Source: Guillardia theta CCMP2712 (Eukaryota; Protista; Cryptophyta). Taken from it: a stretch of 64,000 bases of DNA. Under the pieces are notes generated by a model. The model had not been told where the DNA came from. It saw only the letters and a list, made by a program, of their open reading frames with translations, and made no database searches. Below, piece by piece: positions 13,201-25,101 of this stretch (positions within the stretch are counted from its first letter, which is position 1; the number at the start of each line of letters is the position of its first letter). Location of the stretch: NCBI RefSeq assembly GCF_000315625.1, contig NW_005434542.1:12495-76494 (forward strand), given 5' to 3'. The position numbers were made by a program, and so were the translations under genes.

Positions 13201-13466
13201 CACTGCACGACACTAGTACTGATCTCATCTCCTGCTCATTCCTATCATGTCATTTTACCAACCGAACATGCGTAGCTACTGCTACGATAAGTGAGTAACT
13301 TATCACTCAACTACTTTCAACCAACTCGCCTCACCAGATGAACTAGAGAAATAAGGGGGCATCGATACTGACATTATTGGTGTATATCCTGAACAATTTC
13401 TCCTGTCCCACAGAGTGAGCTTCAGACGCATCAGGTCAGCGACCATGTTGGAAGGAGAGGAGTTGC

Positions 13467-15500
13467 TTGCAAGGACATGCAGACACAGTGAGAGCTGTCT
13501 CGTGGTCGGAGGACGGAAGCAAGATAGCCTCTGGCTCCGTTGACAACACTGTGAGAGTGTGGGAGGCAAGCAGTGGAAAGGAGATCGGCTGCTTCAAGGG
13601 GCATGCTGGAGACGTTTACAGCGTATGCTGGTCGAGAGATGGCAAGGGGATTGTCTCTGGATCTCTGGACAAATCTGCCAGAATATGGGAAACAAGCAGC
13701 GGGAAGGAGGTTGGTTGTTTCTCAGCTCACTCGTACCCAGTGTGGGGAGTCTCGTGGTCGGGAGATGGGAGGATGATCGCGACGGGGTCAGGGGACAACA
13801 CTGTGAGGGTGTGGGAAGCAGACAGCAGGAGAGAGGTCGTGAGCTTAAAAGGACATTGTTGTAGTGTGAGAAGTGTTTCGTGGTCGAGAGATGGGAGGAG
13901 GATCGTCTCAGGATCATGGGACAACACTGTGAGGGTGTGGGACCCAACCAGCGGGAAAGAGGTGCATTGCCTCAAAGGGCATGCAGGAGATGTGTGGAGT
14001 GTCTCGTGGTCGGAGGACGGAAGCAAGATAGCCTCTGGCTCCGTTGACAACACTGTGAGAGTGTGGGAGGCAAGCAGTGGAAAGGAGATCGGCTGCTTCA
14101 AGGGGCACACCAAAGGCGTTTACAGCGTATGCTGGTCGAGAGATGGCGGCCAAATCGTTTCAGGATCCGGCGATGGCTTTGTCAGGGTGTGGGAAGCAAG
14201 CAGCGGGAAGGAGATGGAATGCTTGACTGGACATACGAGAGGAGTGTGGGGGGTTTCGTGGTCGGGAGATGGGAGGATGATCGCGACGGGGTCAGGGGAC
14301 AACACTGTGAGGGTGTGGGAAGCAGACAGTGCGTACTGATCGGATACAAGAGCTGACTCTCGGACGAAACCATCATGTTGTAGCAAGAGCGGGCGATAAA
14401 ACGGTTAGCAAACGTTATTACATACTCACTGCCACGATCAAGGCAACTGAGCTGTCTGGAGTAATTGCTCAAAGACAGAAGGGGCAGAAGGCTTCAATGT
14501 CATACGTTTTGGAAGCAAATTGTTTTTCTTGGTGTGGACGTAGGTACTGTCGACATGAATGAAATGTTACGCAACGCAATGAAGAAAGATGTATGCGGTG
14601 TTTTCTCTTGTAAGAACCGAGCAAGCAATGTGAGAATCGAAATTCCCAGAAAGCTTCTGCATTTTCTCACGAGAGATCTGCTGAGTTTGCAAGTTATCCA
14701 CCCACTGCTTGCATTGATGATGCATTGAAGAGAGTAAGCAGCAATAAGAAACAGCAAGCATCACTGTATGCAGCTGCAGAGATCATTTTCTGTGCTAAGA
14801 AGGGGAAGGACGCCTTCGATATTGACCTCCCATGATCGGCAATCTCTACATTTCTGTTATTACGACTGTTCCTGCAGTTTCTTCACACGATATTCAAACC
14901 TGCAACCTCGATCAATACAAACGCAATCAACTTCGTGAAACTTACTCCTGAAATTGACACTTCTCGTAAGCATGCCTCTCTGTTTCGATGGAGAACATCC
15001 GTCATTATCCCAATCTGCAGCCTCAAACCGCATTTTGTATACCTTCTGTGCATTTCCATGGCAGGAAGTAGTTGGCGTATCTACATTTTGGCAAAAACAT
15101 CAGCGAGTATCATTGCAAGATCGCATTTTACCTGCACTTGTTCAAGGGGATGAGCAAGTGCGAGCAATAGTCGCGATACCTGTTCAAGTTTTAGCAAGAT
15201 CAGGGGTAAGATGATACGGTAGCTGCATACGCAGGATCAATCTTATTCTTCGCGCACTCTCCTTTGTTGGGTGGTACTGTATTCAAACAAGTCATTGAAG
15301 CAAACAGTATCAGCGAACACAACATGGCTACGCCCAGTGGACACTACATGTTGCATAACTTCCAGCAGTCAAGAGGAATCGAGTATCAAGAATTACATGA
15401 GACAGATCGCATGCGAGCTTCAAGGATTTCTTGTGATGATGCATAACTACAGTCTCCCTGCCATCACCATACGACCCCGTCCAGTCCCTCACCTCTAACG
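13467..15500 (+). CDS. WD40 protein: seven 42-aa highly conserved repeats in one exon (13467-14328), then a spliced C-terminal region of unknown function
   Basis: GH...V.SV.WS.DG..I.SGS.D.TVRVWE repeats at 126-bp period. GTGCGT donor at 14329 and tgtag acceptor ~14382 continue the frame. Both gene ends uncertain. Confidence 0.8.
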
Positions 15501-15544
15501 TATTCGCCGCCGCCACCCATCTTCGATGTCGCCGCTGCTGTCTA

Positions 15545-16040
15545 AAATGGTTTTAGATTTACAACCAATTCACGTAGGAATCGTATCAATGTATTACCCG
15601 ATCGTATGGAAAAATAAACAATGTTTTATTAATTATCAAAGAATTATCAGTTAGCTCAAGACATTGTACCATTAAATTCTATTACTATAATATGGATAAA
15701 AATATTTTTAGAAGTTCAGACGCTAGCTATGTTGCCTGGTGCTGCTTGGCTAAACGTTCGTCACAATCCACCCTACCCTTGTTCGTGCAAGCTCTGAATA
15801 TATCCACCCCTACTATCATGTGCTTTCACCCACCCCTTTCTATAGGTCCGATTTCTAGCAAGGAAACCGGACCCCCTGCCCTACATTCAAAGTGGAGAGT
15901 TCTAGAGCGACAGGACCCCACCCCTCCGTCTGATAATGATACCCCCACCCCAGATTTTGAAGTCAAGTTGGTATTAGAGACAATACCATGACCCCTCCCT
16001 GGCTGGATCTGATTGAGCGGTACCCCCACCCCCATGTTAT
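15545..16040. repeat. AT-rich segment plus CCCTACC/CCCCACCC tract (same class as the other intergenic modules)
   Basis: ccaccctaccc (15768), ccacccctac (15803), acccccacccc (15941, 16022). Confidence 0.4.
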
Positions 16041-16506
16041 CAGTCCCCCCAGGCGGCCGGCATGCTTCGAGGAGGGAGGGAGGGGAAGGAGGAGGAGAAG
16101 AAGAAGGTGCCATGACAAGAACAACAAACAGAGCAACGCTGCATGCTGGTATCGTGCAGGACCAGTCGAGCCATGCATGAATCTCTCCGATCATCCTGAC
16201 TGAACGCTTAGGCGAGGATGGAGAGATCTGTAAAGAGAGATCAAGCAGTGAGATGTATCGTAGCCAGCAAGATCAAGCAAGCAGACGATCCTGTAACAGT
16301 TCGATAGTACTAACTTGATTGTGATGACTTTGATGGGAGTGATTACGGATCTGACTTCTGACTCCCCGACGACACGTGTTCTGCTGGAAATTTTGAGGAA
16401 ATTCTATGCCCTCATTGCATGTCGATCTCACAACATCACAGCTCATTTCCCTTGACTGGTTTTCGTTGCTTGACATTTGATTCAGGTGTCGTTGTTCGCT
16501 GCAAAC

Positions 16507-19500
16507 ATGAAATCTCTGCATTTATCTGGAAAACTCGCCTTCCTTACCACTTTCGTTCTCCTTTCCCCAACTGGCGCGCTCAGAGTTCAATCCAACCTCG
16601 CATTTTCTCCGTCGCTTCTCATCTCGAAGAACTCCCATGCGCTTGCCCTGTCTTCCGTCCAAGGACGAAGGGTTGTCACGCTCCTACGAGATTCGAAGGA
16701 TGGAAGAAAATTTGACAACCTCAACGATCGAGCCAACAAGCTGTCGGAGGAGGCGAAGAAGGTCAGTGATTGAACCAGTTCCTTGCTACGTCCTCACGAC
16801 TGCTGGCAGTACGAGAACTCAGACGTCTCCGACCTGGCTGAGGTAAGAGCAGCACCGGGAGATTCGTATGAACAAGGATTTCTTGTCGGAGGCTGGGACG
16901 GGAGGGGGCGGATGGATGGGATGGAATGAGATAGCGAATGGTGATGAGAGGGAGGGAGAAATCTCACAGGGAGCTCGTCAGGGTCTGCAAGACGACGTGA
17001 CAGCATTCAAGTCGAAGCTGCAGGAGGCGCAGAAGAAGGCAGGGGATCGAAAGAGCAAGGCGAGCTAGGAGGTTGTGTTTGCTTCAGCTGACTGGCTGGC
17101 AGGGCTTCCTTACAGCGGGAGCGGCTGCTCTCTTGGTGGGACTTGCAGCCTGGGCCTTTGGGCCGAGAAGGTGAAGGCAGAAGAGAAGTGGAGGAGAAGG
17201 ACGATCTTGAGGGAAGCGATCGAGAGCGTGTCGGGCTGTGAGGGAGGAAGGAGGGAGGAAGGAGGGAGGAACACAGGGAGGAACGGAGGGAGGAAGGAGG
17301 AGGCACAAAGAAAAATAGAGGTGAAGGAGATGGGCAGGGCTGGAGCTGAGATGAAGACGTTTGCGTTCAACAACGCGCCTCAGGTGATCTGCCTTGAAGG
17401 TTTCGACGCCCTCACATGCTGCGCTTCAGCAGGAGACTCTTGTTGGGCCAACCCTCCCTGATGACACGTTCATCTCTGCTTCCAGTACGACCCCTCCTCT
17501 GTCATACCTGTCCACTCCTCTCTCCCTCACTCCCTGCTAGCTTGGCGAACGATGTTGGACCCTGTTAAATCTGTCCGTGCAGGAGGGTCACGGGAAGTGA
17601 TAAAACAAGGCTGCGTACGGGGGGAAGTCGGATGTTTGGTCCCGGGGCATGACTTGNNNNNNNNNNNNNNNNNNNNNNNNNNNNNNNNNNNNNNNNNNNN
17701 NNNNNNNNNNNNNNNNNNNNNNNNNNNNNNNNNNNNNNNNNNNNNNNNNNNNNNNNTACTACCCTCCGTCCCTACCTCCCTCCTCCTCCCTCCCCTCCCC
17801 TCCCCTCCCTCCCTCCCTACCCTCCCTCCCTCCCTCCCTCCCTCCCTCCCCTCCCCTCCCCTCCCCTCCCTCCCTCCCTCCCTCCCCCAACAGCGTCCCT
17901 GCTCTTGTCTGATGAAGTTATCAGAGTGGGAAGGCGCCAAGAAAGGTTTCGTCTTCAAGACTGGCCCCAAGGTGACCGTGAGGTCTGGCGGCAAGCACGA
18001 GACGTGACAGCTGGGCAGGGGCTGGGCTACTACCTGGACACGGGGTTGTCGCTTGAGGAGCTGGGAGGAAAGAGCGGCGGATTTCACATCCCAACTCCAG
18101 TCACTGTAATATTGTCTCCTGCTCCTCCTCCTGCTCCTCCTCCTCCCCATCCTCCTCCTGACAGTCTATCTAGTCACTCACTGCTCCTCTTCTTATTCTC
18201 GTCAGGTTGCTGTTGGAGTTGTCGGTCTCGGTGTGACAGGGAAGTTTCTCCTCAAGAACCGCGGCACTCGTAAGCCGAACTTCTGCTCCTCCTTTCCTTG
18301 TTCAACTCATGCACTTCCTATTTCTCTTCTGCCTTGTTCCTCCTTCCCTGCTCCCTCGCCCTCTTTTTGATTCTTCTCCTTCCCTTCTTTGACATCGCTC
18401 CGTTACCGCTTCTTTTCCTCCTCTTCCTCTCCTGCCCCCCCTCCTCCTCCTTTCTTTCTCCCCTTGCCCATCCCCTCCCACTCACCTTCCTCCACTCACG
18501 TTCTCATAGTCACGCTCGCTGCCATGGCGGCAAAAGCGGCCATGAAGGCTCGAAGCGCCTCGTCCCCCATGAACGTGGGAGGAACTGCAGGGGGGGCAGC
18601 ATCAGCTGCGGCAGCTGGAGCTTCAGCTGGAGCTAAGGCAGCAGAAGCGTATCAGACCGCAGCAGCGAGTGCAGAGACGTTCGCAGGTTCAGCCCTCCTC
18701 CCTCCTCCCTCCTCCCTCCTCCCTCCTCCCTCCTCCCTCCTCCCTCATCTTCTCCCTCTCTCGCTTCTTCGCCTCCATCGCTCTTGTTGCACCTTTCTCA
18801 CCCACAGTTCCCAGGAAAGGATCCTGCGACCATGAAAGCAGCTGAGCTCAAGAAGGCGATTCAGGAGCTTGGAGGCAACCCGTCAGGTTTCTTCTTCGTC
18901 TCCTCCTCCTCTTGTTCCTCCTCATCCTCCTCTTCCTCCTGCTCCTGCTCATCCCCCTGCTCCCCCTGCCCCTCTTCTTGCTTCTCCTCCTTCTTGTGTC
19001 GTTAAATCACCCCCTCGTTCATGATCGTCTCTTGCTGACGCTCTTCGTGCAGGTCTGGTGGAGAAATCAGAGCTCGTCGCTCTTTTCCGCGAGCTTCAGT
19101 CGTCTCCGAGGACAGTGACGACAAGGTTGGAGAAAATCCTCCCGCTCCTCCCTCCTCACTTTTCTTCTCCTTCCCTCCTTCCCTCCCTGTCTCCCTACTT
19201 TCTCATTGCCCCTTCCCGTTCTCTCCTCGCCTTTCCTGCTCACCCCCACACTCCCGTCTTCGTCTTTCGTGTCCCCTGCTGTGCTGTCCTCTGTCCCCCC
19301 TCTCCTTATCATTCCTCCCTCTCTTCTTCTCTCCTTCTCGTCCTTGCTCCTCCTGGCGATCTTCCAGTTCTTGGTCGTTCCTTGTTCTCTTACCATGTTC
19401 GATTGCAGGAAGTACAACCCTGCTGAGGAGGACATGTCCTCTGCTGCTGCTGCTGCCGATTTCGATCCTACCAAGGTTCTCCCTCATATCCCTTCCTTCT

Positions 19501-20444
19501 CCACCTACCTTCTCCTCCTCTATCTTCTCTTCCCTCCTCCACCTTCGCCTCTTCCTTTCCTCTTCTGCTCCCCTCTTCTTCCTTTCTCTACTTCTCTACT
19601 TCAACGTGGTGTCATCGCCCCTGCGCCTTCCTAACGCCTCTGGTTGACAAGGTGGACCAATCGGCTCTCAACGACATGATGGGCAATCCGATGATTCAGG
19701 TGGGGAGAAGAAGAGAAGGCGAGGCAGGGATGAAAGAGTTGGCGAGGAAACAGGGATCAGAGAGTAGGATAGCGAAGGCTTAGGGGCAGAAGGGGGGAGG
19801 AGGAGGAGAGGAGAGCAGAGGAGGCTGAAGTAAGAGGAGGGGAGAGACAAGGAGGAGCGACGAGAAATGACGTGAAGCTGCAGGCCCTGTCGAAGCAAAT
19901 GATGAACGATCCAGAGACGATGAGAGAGTTCCAAGAGGTGAGGAGAGGAGAAGAGATCAGGAGGGGAGGGAGAGAGAAGGGGAGAGGACAGGAGGGGAGA
20001 GGACAGGAGGGGGAGACAGGAGGGTTGACGACGGGGACATGACGGCAAGAGCGCAGGCGATGTCGAGCGGAAAGGGTATGAACGAGCTTATGAGCAGCCC
20101 GAAGTTCCAGAAGATGACGGAGAACCTTATGTCGAATCCTGAGGTGAGGGAGGAGGAGAAGGAAAGGGATAAGGGGAGAGGATGGGGGATGGAGGAGGGC
20201 GAAGAGGAAGGGAAGGGAAGGGAAGGGAAGGGAAGGGAGGAGAGAGGGGAAGGAGGAGGGAGTAGGGGAAGGGAAGGGAAGGGAAGGGAGGAGAGAGGGG
20301 AAGGAGGAGGGAGTAGGGGAAGGGAAGGGTGAACAATGTCTCATGTACCCTCAGGTGATGCGCATGATGCAAGATCCATCGGAGATCAACAAGATGATGG
20401 ACCAGATGAAGAAGATGGGGGTGAACCCTCCTCGCGGCTTCTAA
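16507..20444 (+). CDS. Plastid-targeted membrane protein with GFVFKTG/GLGYYLD motif, SAP/LEM-like helix pair and C-terminal STI1 (Hip/Hop DP) domains; spans the gap, so it could be two genes
   Basis: MKSLHLSGKLAFLTTFVLLSPTGA-LRVQSNLAFSPS (signal + transit). TM WQGFLTAGAAALLVGLAAWAFG. MKAAELKKAIQELGG...GLVEKSELV. Met/Asn-Pro helices MMGNPMIQ, MMNDPE, LMSSPKFQKM, LMSNPEVMRMMQDP. Stop TAA 20442-20444. Confidence 0.65.
17657..17756. other. Assembly gap (100 N)
   Basis: N run. Confidence 1.
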
Positions 20445-20470
20445 TAGACTCCTTGCTTCCTCGTTTCACC

Positions 20471-20547
20471 GAGGAGGAGGAGGAGGAGGAGGAGGAGGAG
20501 GAGGAGGAGGAGGAGGAGGAGGAGGAGGAGGAGGAGGAGGAGGAGGA
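20471..20547. repeat. (GAG)n microsatellite between convergent 3' ends
   Basis: ~25 perfect GAG units. Confidence 0.95.
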
Positions 20548-20586
20548 TAAGGGGAGCAGCATAATGTATGTACACTCGAAGGAGGA

Positions 20587-23500
20587 TCAGACTGCACACG
20601 CGTAGACGGCGAGAGTGTCCGGGTTGAAGTAAGCGTGACATTCTTCTCCCTGCTCGCTAGTCAGCCAGCCACTCGAAAACATGACGAAGAGGAAGAGACG
20701 GAAAGATGAGAAGCAGAGGCGAGGAGGCGAGGAGGGGGACGGGGATGAGGAGAGAGGAGAGGGCGGGAGGAGTGAGAGCAGCAGAAAGAAGGGGGAGGAG
20801 GACGAGAGGGTGAGAGACAAGAGAAATGAGTGATTGAGGGAGGAAGGGAACCGGAGCAGACGGTGTGAAGCTGAAGGTTCTCTTGTTGATCCACGTGCGG
20901 GTCTGGAGTGAAGGTCAGCTCCGCTGCCGGCGACACATCAGCCTTTTTACCTCCTCCTCCCCTTGTGTGAAGCTCATGGTAGCCAGGAAGTTGGAACACC
21001 TGAGGTCTCAGTCATGGGCCCACAATCAGAGGGACGAGTTGCTGGTGATGAAATCATCATGGATGCGGTAATATGCGTCATGATGGTGGTAACTGATGAT
21101 CATGATTGTGATGATGATATGATGATGGAGATCATGGTGATAACGGAGACAACGATAATAGAAGCGCTCGAGCATGACACTCTACCTTCCGCCATCGACG
21201 CTGTTTCTGTTGATGCGGCTGGTTGTTTCCTGCTCGACGATGAGAAGAGCAAGGAGTCGAGGAGAAGAGAGAGGGGAGAGTGTGTGAGCAAGGGAAAAGG
21301 AAGATCATAACGACCCCAACACGAAAAGGGAAGTAAAGAGGAGAGAGGAGAGAGGAGAGAGGAGAGAGGAGAGAGGAGAGAGGAGAAAGGAGGGAGAAAG
21401 GGCAGTGTCACCTTGCGCATGAAGAGTTTTACCAGGTTCCACCAGTCTCCCTCGTTCCAAACGTTCTTAGGTACCCAGACCCTTCAACGTGTCAGTGGCA
21501 GCTGAGGGGTTTTCTCCTCCCGCTTACTTGCAGTCCTCGGGCTCTTTGTCCTTGTTCTTCTCCAGGATCACTGACTTGAAGCAGATCCCCTTCAAACCCA
21601 GTCAGACGGACCCCTCTTGCTTCCCCCACCTTCCTCCTCTCCCATGGTTCCTCCTGTCCAGCCCTTCCTCCACCCCCCTCAAACCTTCTCCCACATCTCC
21701 TCCCTTCCTACCTTGTAAGCTTGTCCTCCTATCCTTGAGCACCTCAGCTCCACTGACGATGGCCCTTGATCCCCACTCTCTCCCCTGCTCTTGCACGTGA
21801 GAAGGAGGAAGAGGATCGCAAGGCTTGCTGTACCGTGCTCCTACCAAGCCAACCGGACCTTCCGGCCCCTCCCTGCCTTGTGGTCCCGGTGGACCCCTGC
21901 AGCCACAACGAGGTCAGGACTGAGAGGAGGAGAAGGAGGATCAGAAGGTGGCGGTAGTAGTGAAGGAGGAGTAGGAGGAGTAGGAGCAGGAGGAAGACGG
22001 GCTGAAGGAGGAGCAGGAGGGGTAGCGGGTAGACGGGGAGGAAGAGGAGTAGCGGATAGCGGGGGAGTAGGAGAAGTGCTTACTGTGGTCCCTGAAGTCC
22101 TTGCAAACCTTGTTTCCCAGCAGCTCCTGGGGGCCCCGGAGGCCCTTCGGCTCCCGGCAGCCCGGGCTCTCCTGGCTCTCCGTCCACTCCATCCTCTCCC
22201 GGGTACCCTGGAGGGCCTGAGGTTGCGTCAGCCCTCCAGCATTGGGGGGAAGGAAAAGAAGGGAAGGAAAGGAAAAGAGGAAGAACAACTGATGGAGGGA
22301 GCAGGAGAGGAGAGGAGAGGAGAGGAGAGGAGAGGAGAGGGAGAGGAGAGGAGAGGAGAGGGGGAGGAGGGAGACGAGAGGAGAGGAGAGGAAAGGGGGA
22401 GGAGGGAGAGGAGAGGAGGAGCGGGTGCAAGGGAAAGAGAGAGGAGAGGAGTAGCTAAAAGTAGAGCGAGAAGAAGCACAGCAAGCAGAGGTAGACGAGA
22501 AGCTGAAAGGGATCAATGACCTTGATCTCCCTCTGGACCTGTAGAGTTCTCTTGCGCTACCATCTTGCTCTGAGGTAAGACAAGGTGAGCTGAGTGAAGC
22601 AAGAAGGAAGGAGATAGAGAGGGAAGGGGGTGGGAAGAGAGGGAGAGGAAGGGAAGGAGAGAGAGAGAGAGAGAGTGAGTGAGTGAGAGGGAGAGAGAGG
22701 GAGAGGGAGAGGGAGAAAGTGAGGGAGTGAGGGAGAATGGGAGGGAAGGAGCAAGAGAGAGTGAGTGAGTGGAAGGGAGAGAGAGAAAGAGCGGAAGAGG
22801 GAGGGAGGGAGGGAGGGAGGGACAGGAGAGCAGGAGCGAAGCAGCGAGCAAGCACAACAGAGAAATGAGGGCAGAAAAGGATGGAAAGAGGGGAAAGGGG
22901 GAAAGGGAGAGGCACCTCTATATCAAGATCAAGTCTCCTGACCGCTTCTTTCATGTCAAAGACAGCAGAATGCATCACAGTCTGCGAGCAAGAGCGTCAG
23001 CCTCGCATGGACATCGGACTGAGGGAGCGGGAGGAACCTTGAGGATCTTCATGTCATCGATCATCTTGATGAGCTTCTGCTTGTTCTGCTCGTACTCCAA
23101 CTCCAAGTCGTCGAGGCGTTTCTGGAACGACAAGTCAGAAGATCGCAGCCCCATCCTCCCTTGACTCACCTGATTCTCCTCTATCTTCTCCTTTTGCAGA
23201 CCAACAGCCTTGATCGCAGTCAGAGACACCAAGACAACCATCCTGCCTCTCCTCCTCACCTCAGTGTCCAGCACAGGACAGTTCGGGCAGCCGGCAGGTT
23301 GGACTTGCACGTCCCCGTACCGAATGACTGATACCACCGTGATTATCAGCAGCACAAACTTGTAACTTCACCTTTCGGTGCTACTGTTGGGGCAGCTGGA
23401 ACCGTTCGAACCTCGACACGCCCGATAGAGAGGGGGCTCGTGTCATCGTCGACCACCTTGAGAGGGCAGGGGTCAAGGGTAGGCGGCCAGGCATTGAGGT

Positions 23501-23911
23501 AGGACTGACATTCATCGAACCCTGACCGATGGAGTTTCCAAGGCCGTCGGGGATCTGAATGTCACCCTGCACCTGTTGCTGCATGTCACTTGCTACATCC
23601 CGACCCGATCGCGTGACCTTGTAGTTGGGCAACGTCTGGAGCAAACAACAACCATCAGCCCAGCCAAGTCAGCTCGCACCCGCCCGTACCTGAGTGCGTC
23701 TGGACTTGCTTGCAGCGAGACTCTGACCATCTGTCGTTGAGACTTGAAGTTGCGGTAGAGATGAAAGCTCGGCAAGAGAAATCGCTTTCTGCGGGACAAC
23801 AGTCAAGGTCAAGACAATGTCTTCGATGCAACTGACATCAATGGACAATCCTGCCAGCCCGACGACCAGCACCAGCACAGCCGAAGCAACTGTGCGACCA
23901 ATCACTCTCAT
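20587..23911 (-). CDS. Secreted/membrane collagen-like protein with coiled coil and C-terminal Cys-containing, C-type-lectin-like domain
   Basis: Signal MRVIGRTVASAVLVLVVGLAG; coiled coil RLDDLELEYEQNKQKLIKMIDDM; Gly-X-Y exons GPPGYPGEDGVDGEPGEPGLPGAEGPPGPPGAAGKQGLQG and GPPGPQGREGPEGPVG; then CSRIGGQAYKGICFK...WNEGDWWNL...CHAYF...YACAV*. Confidence 0.7.
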
Positions 23912-24534
23912 GCAGACTCCTCGGTCATCACAGCATGAAGATAAATACTTGCTGCCGCTGTCACCCGACGACGTCGCAGCGCCTCCTCCATTGCTTCGAG
24001 GACAGAGAACCTGTCGGCTACATGTCAAACACAAGAGCTCGTTATCCATAAAATGCTACAAGGGCCTCAAAACAAACCAGTCGACTTAATGAACTCAGGC
24101 TGATCCCTGCAATGGATGTATTCTATCTCATGGCCGACGGATGAAAAGAACAACTTCTACATCTAAGGAACCTTTGATTGCAAAAAACACACCGGTATCT
24201 TTCCCCGCCATGAAGGATGTACAAAGCTGCAATCAACTACTGTCTACATCTCTGTCTCTCATGTTTGCTCCTGTATATTTCACGAACAACATCTTGTTCT
24301 ACACTGAAAGCAAGCTCTGTAATTGTACTTCTCATTCTTGCTTCCCTTTTCATTTCCTTCATGGTATCGTCCCACATCCCCATGATTGTCGTCGTCGTCG
24401 TCATCATCATCGTTGCAATGACAATCTCTATTGTTCTCCTGTTCCTCCTTCCCCTGCTCCTCCTCCTCCTCCTCCTCCAATGCCTCGAGTTCATATGCCA
24501 TGAAATCATAGCCGCGCGACACTTCGTTTCGGCT

Positions 24535-24846
24535 CCTGTACCCCACCCAGGTCTCATACTACCCACCTATGAACGTCATTATTGGGACCATGAAACAAAT
24601 ACCCCTCCCTTGAACTATTTTTGTCAGTTATTAGCGACCAAGGTACAGTACCCCACCTATAAAATAAATCACCCACCCTACTAGCCCAACACAGGGATGG
24701 TAGACCTCTTTCCCACACTGACCATGAGGGTTGGCCCGTTGTCAGCTACGTTGGGTCCCATGGCAGTACGGACCAGGAGAAAGAGCAGGGCAGAGTATGG
24801 CAGGGCAGAGCATGGCAGGGCAGAGCATGGCAGGGCAGGGCAGAGA
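24535..24846. repeat. CCCACCCTA tract plus 15-bp tandem repeat (ggcagggcagagcat) in a divergent intergenic region
   Basis: Motifs at 24538 and 24669; 15-mer x~4 at 24787-24846. Confidence 0.5.
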
Positions 24847-25101
24847 AAAGCACACTTGTTCAAGAGAACACACGCGTGAGAATGAAAGAAGATGTAAGAA
24901 TGATGAAAGCGACACAAAGTAAGACTGGTACAACAAAATCGTAAGATGATCGCAGGTCAGAATCTTCAGTGTGAGTTATCTTAGGAGGAGGAGGAGGGAA
25001 GGTCCTGTGTCGTTGATGAATCTTGGTTGCAGCAATGCTTCATGATACAACAGACAAGCACGCACGATAGGACACTCAGGATGAAAGGCTCGCGATGATC
25101 G

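Noticed and set aside
13270-15500. NLR (NACHT-WD40) gene
   Set aside because: No Walker A/NACHT sequence is visible on either side of the propeller.
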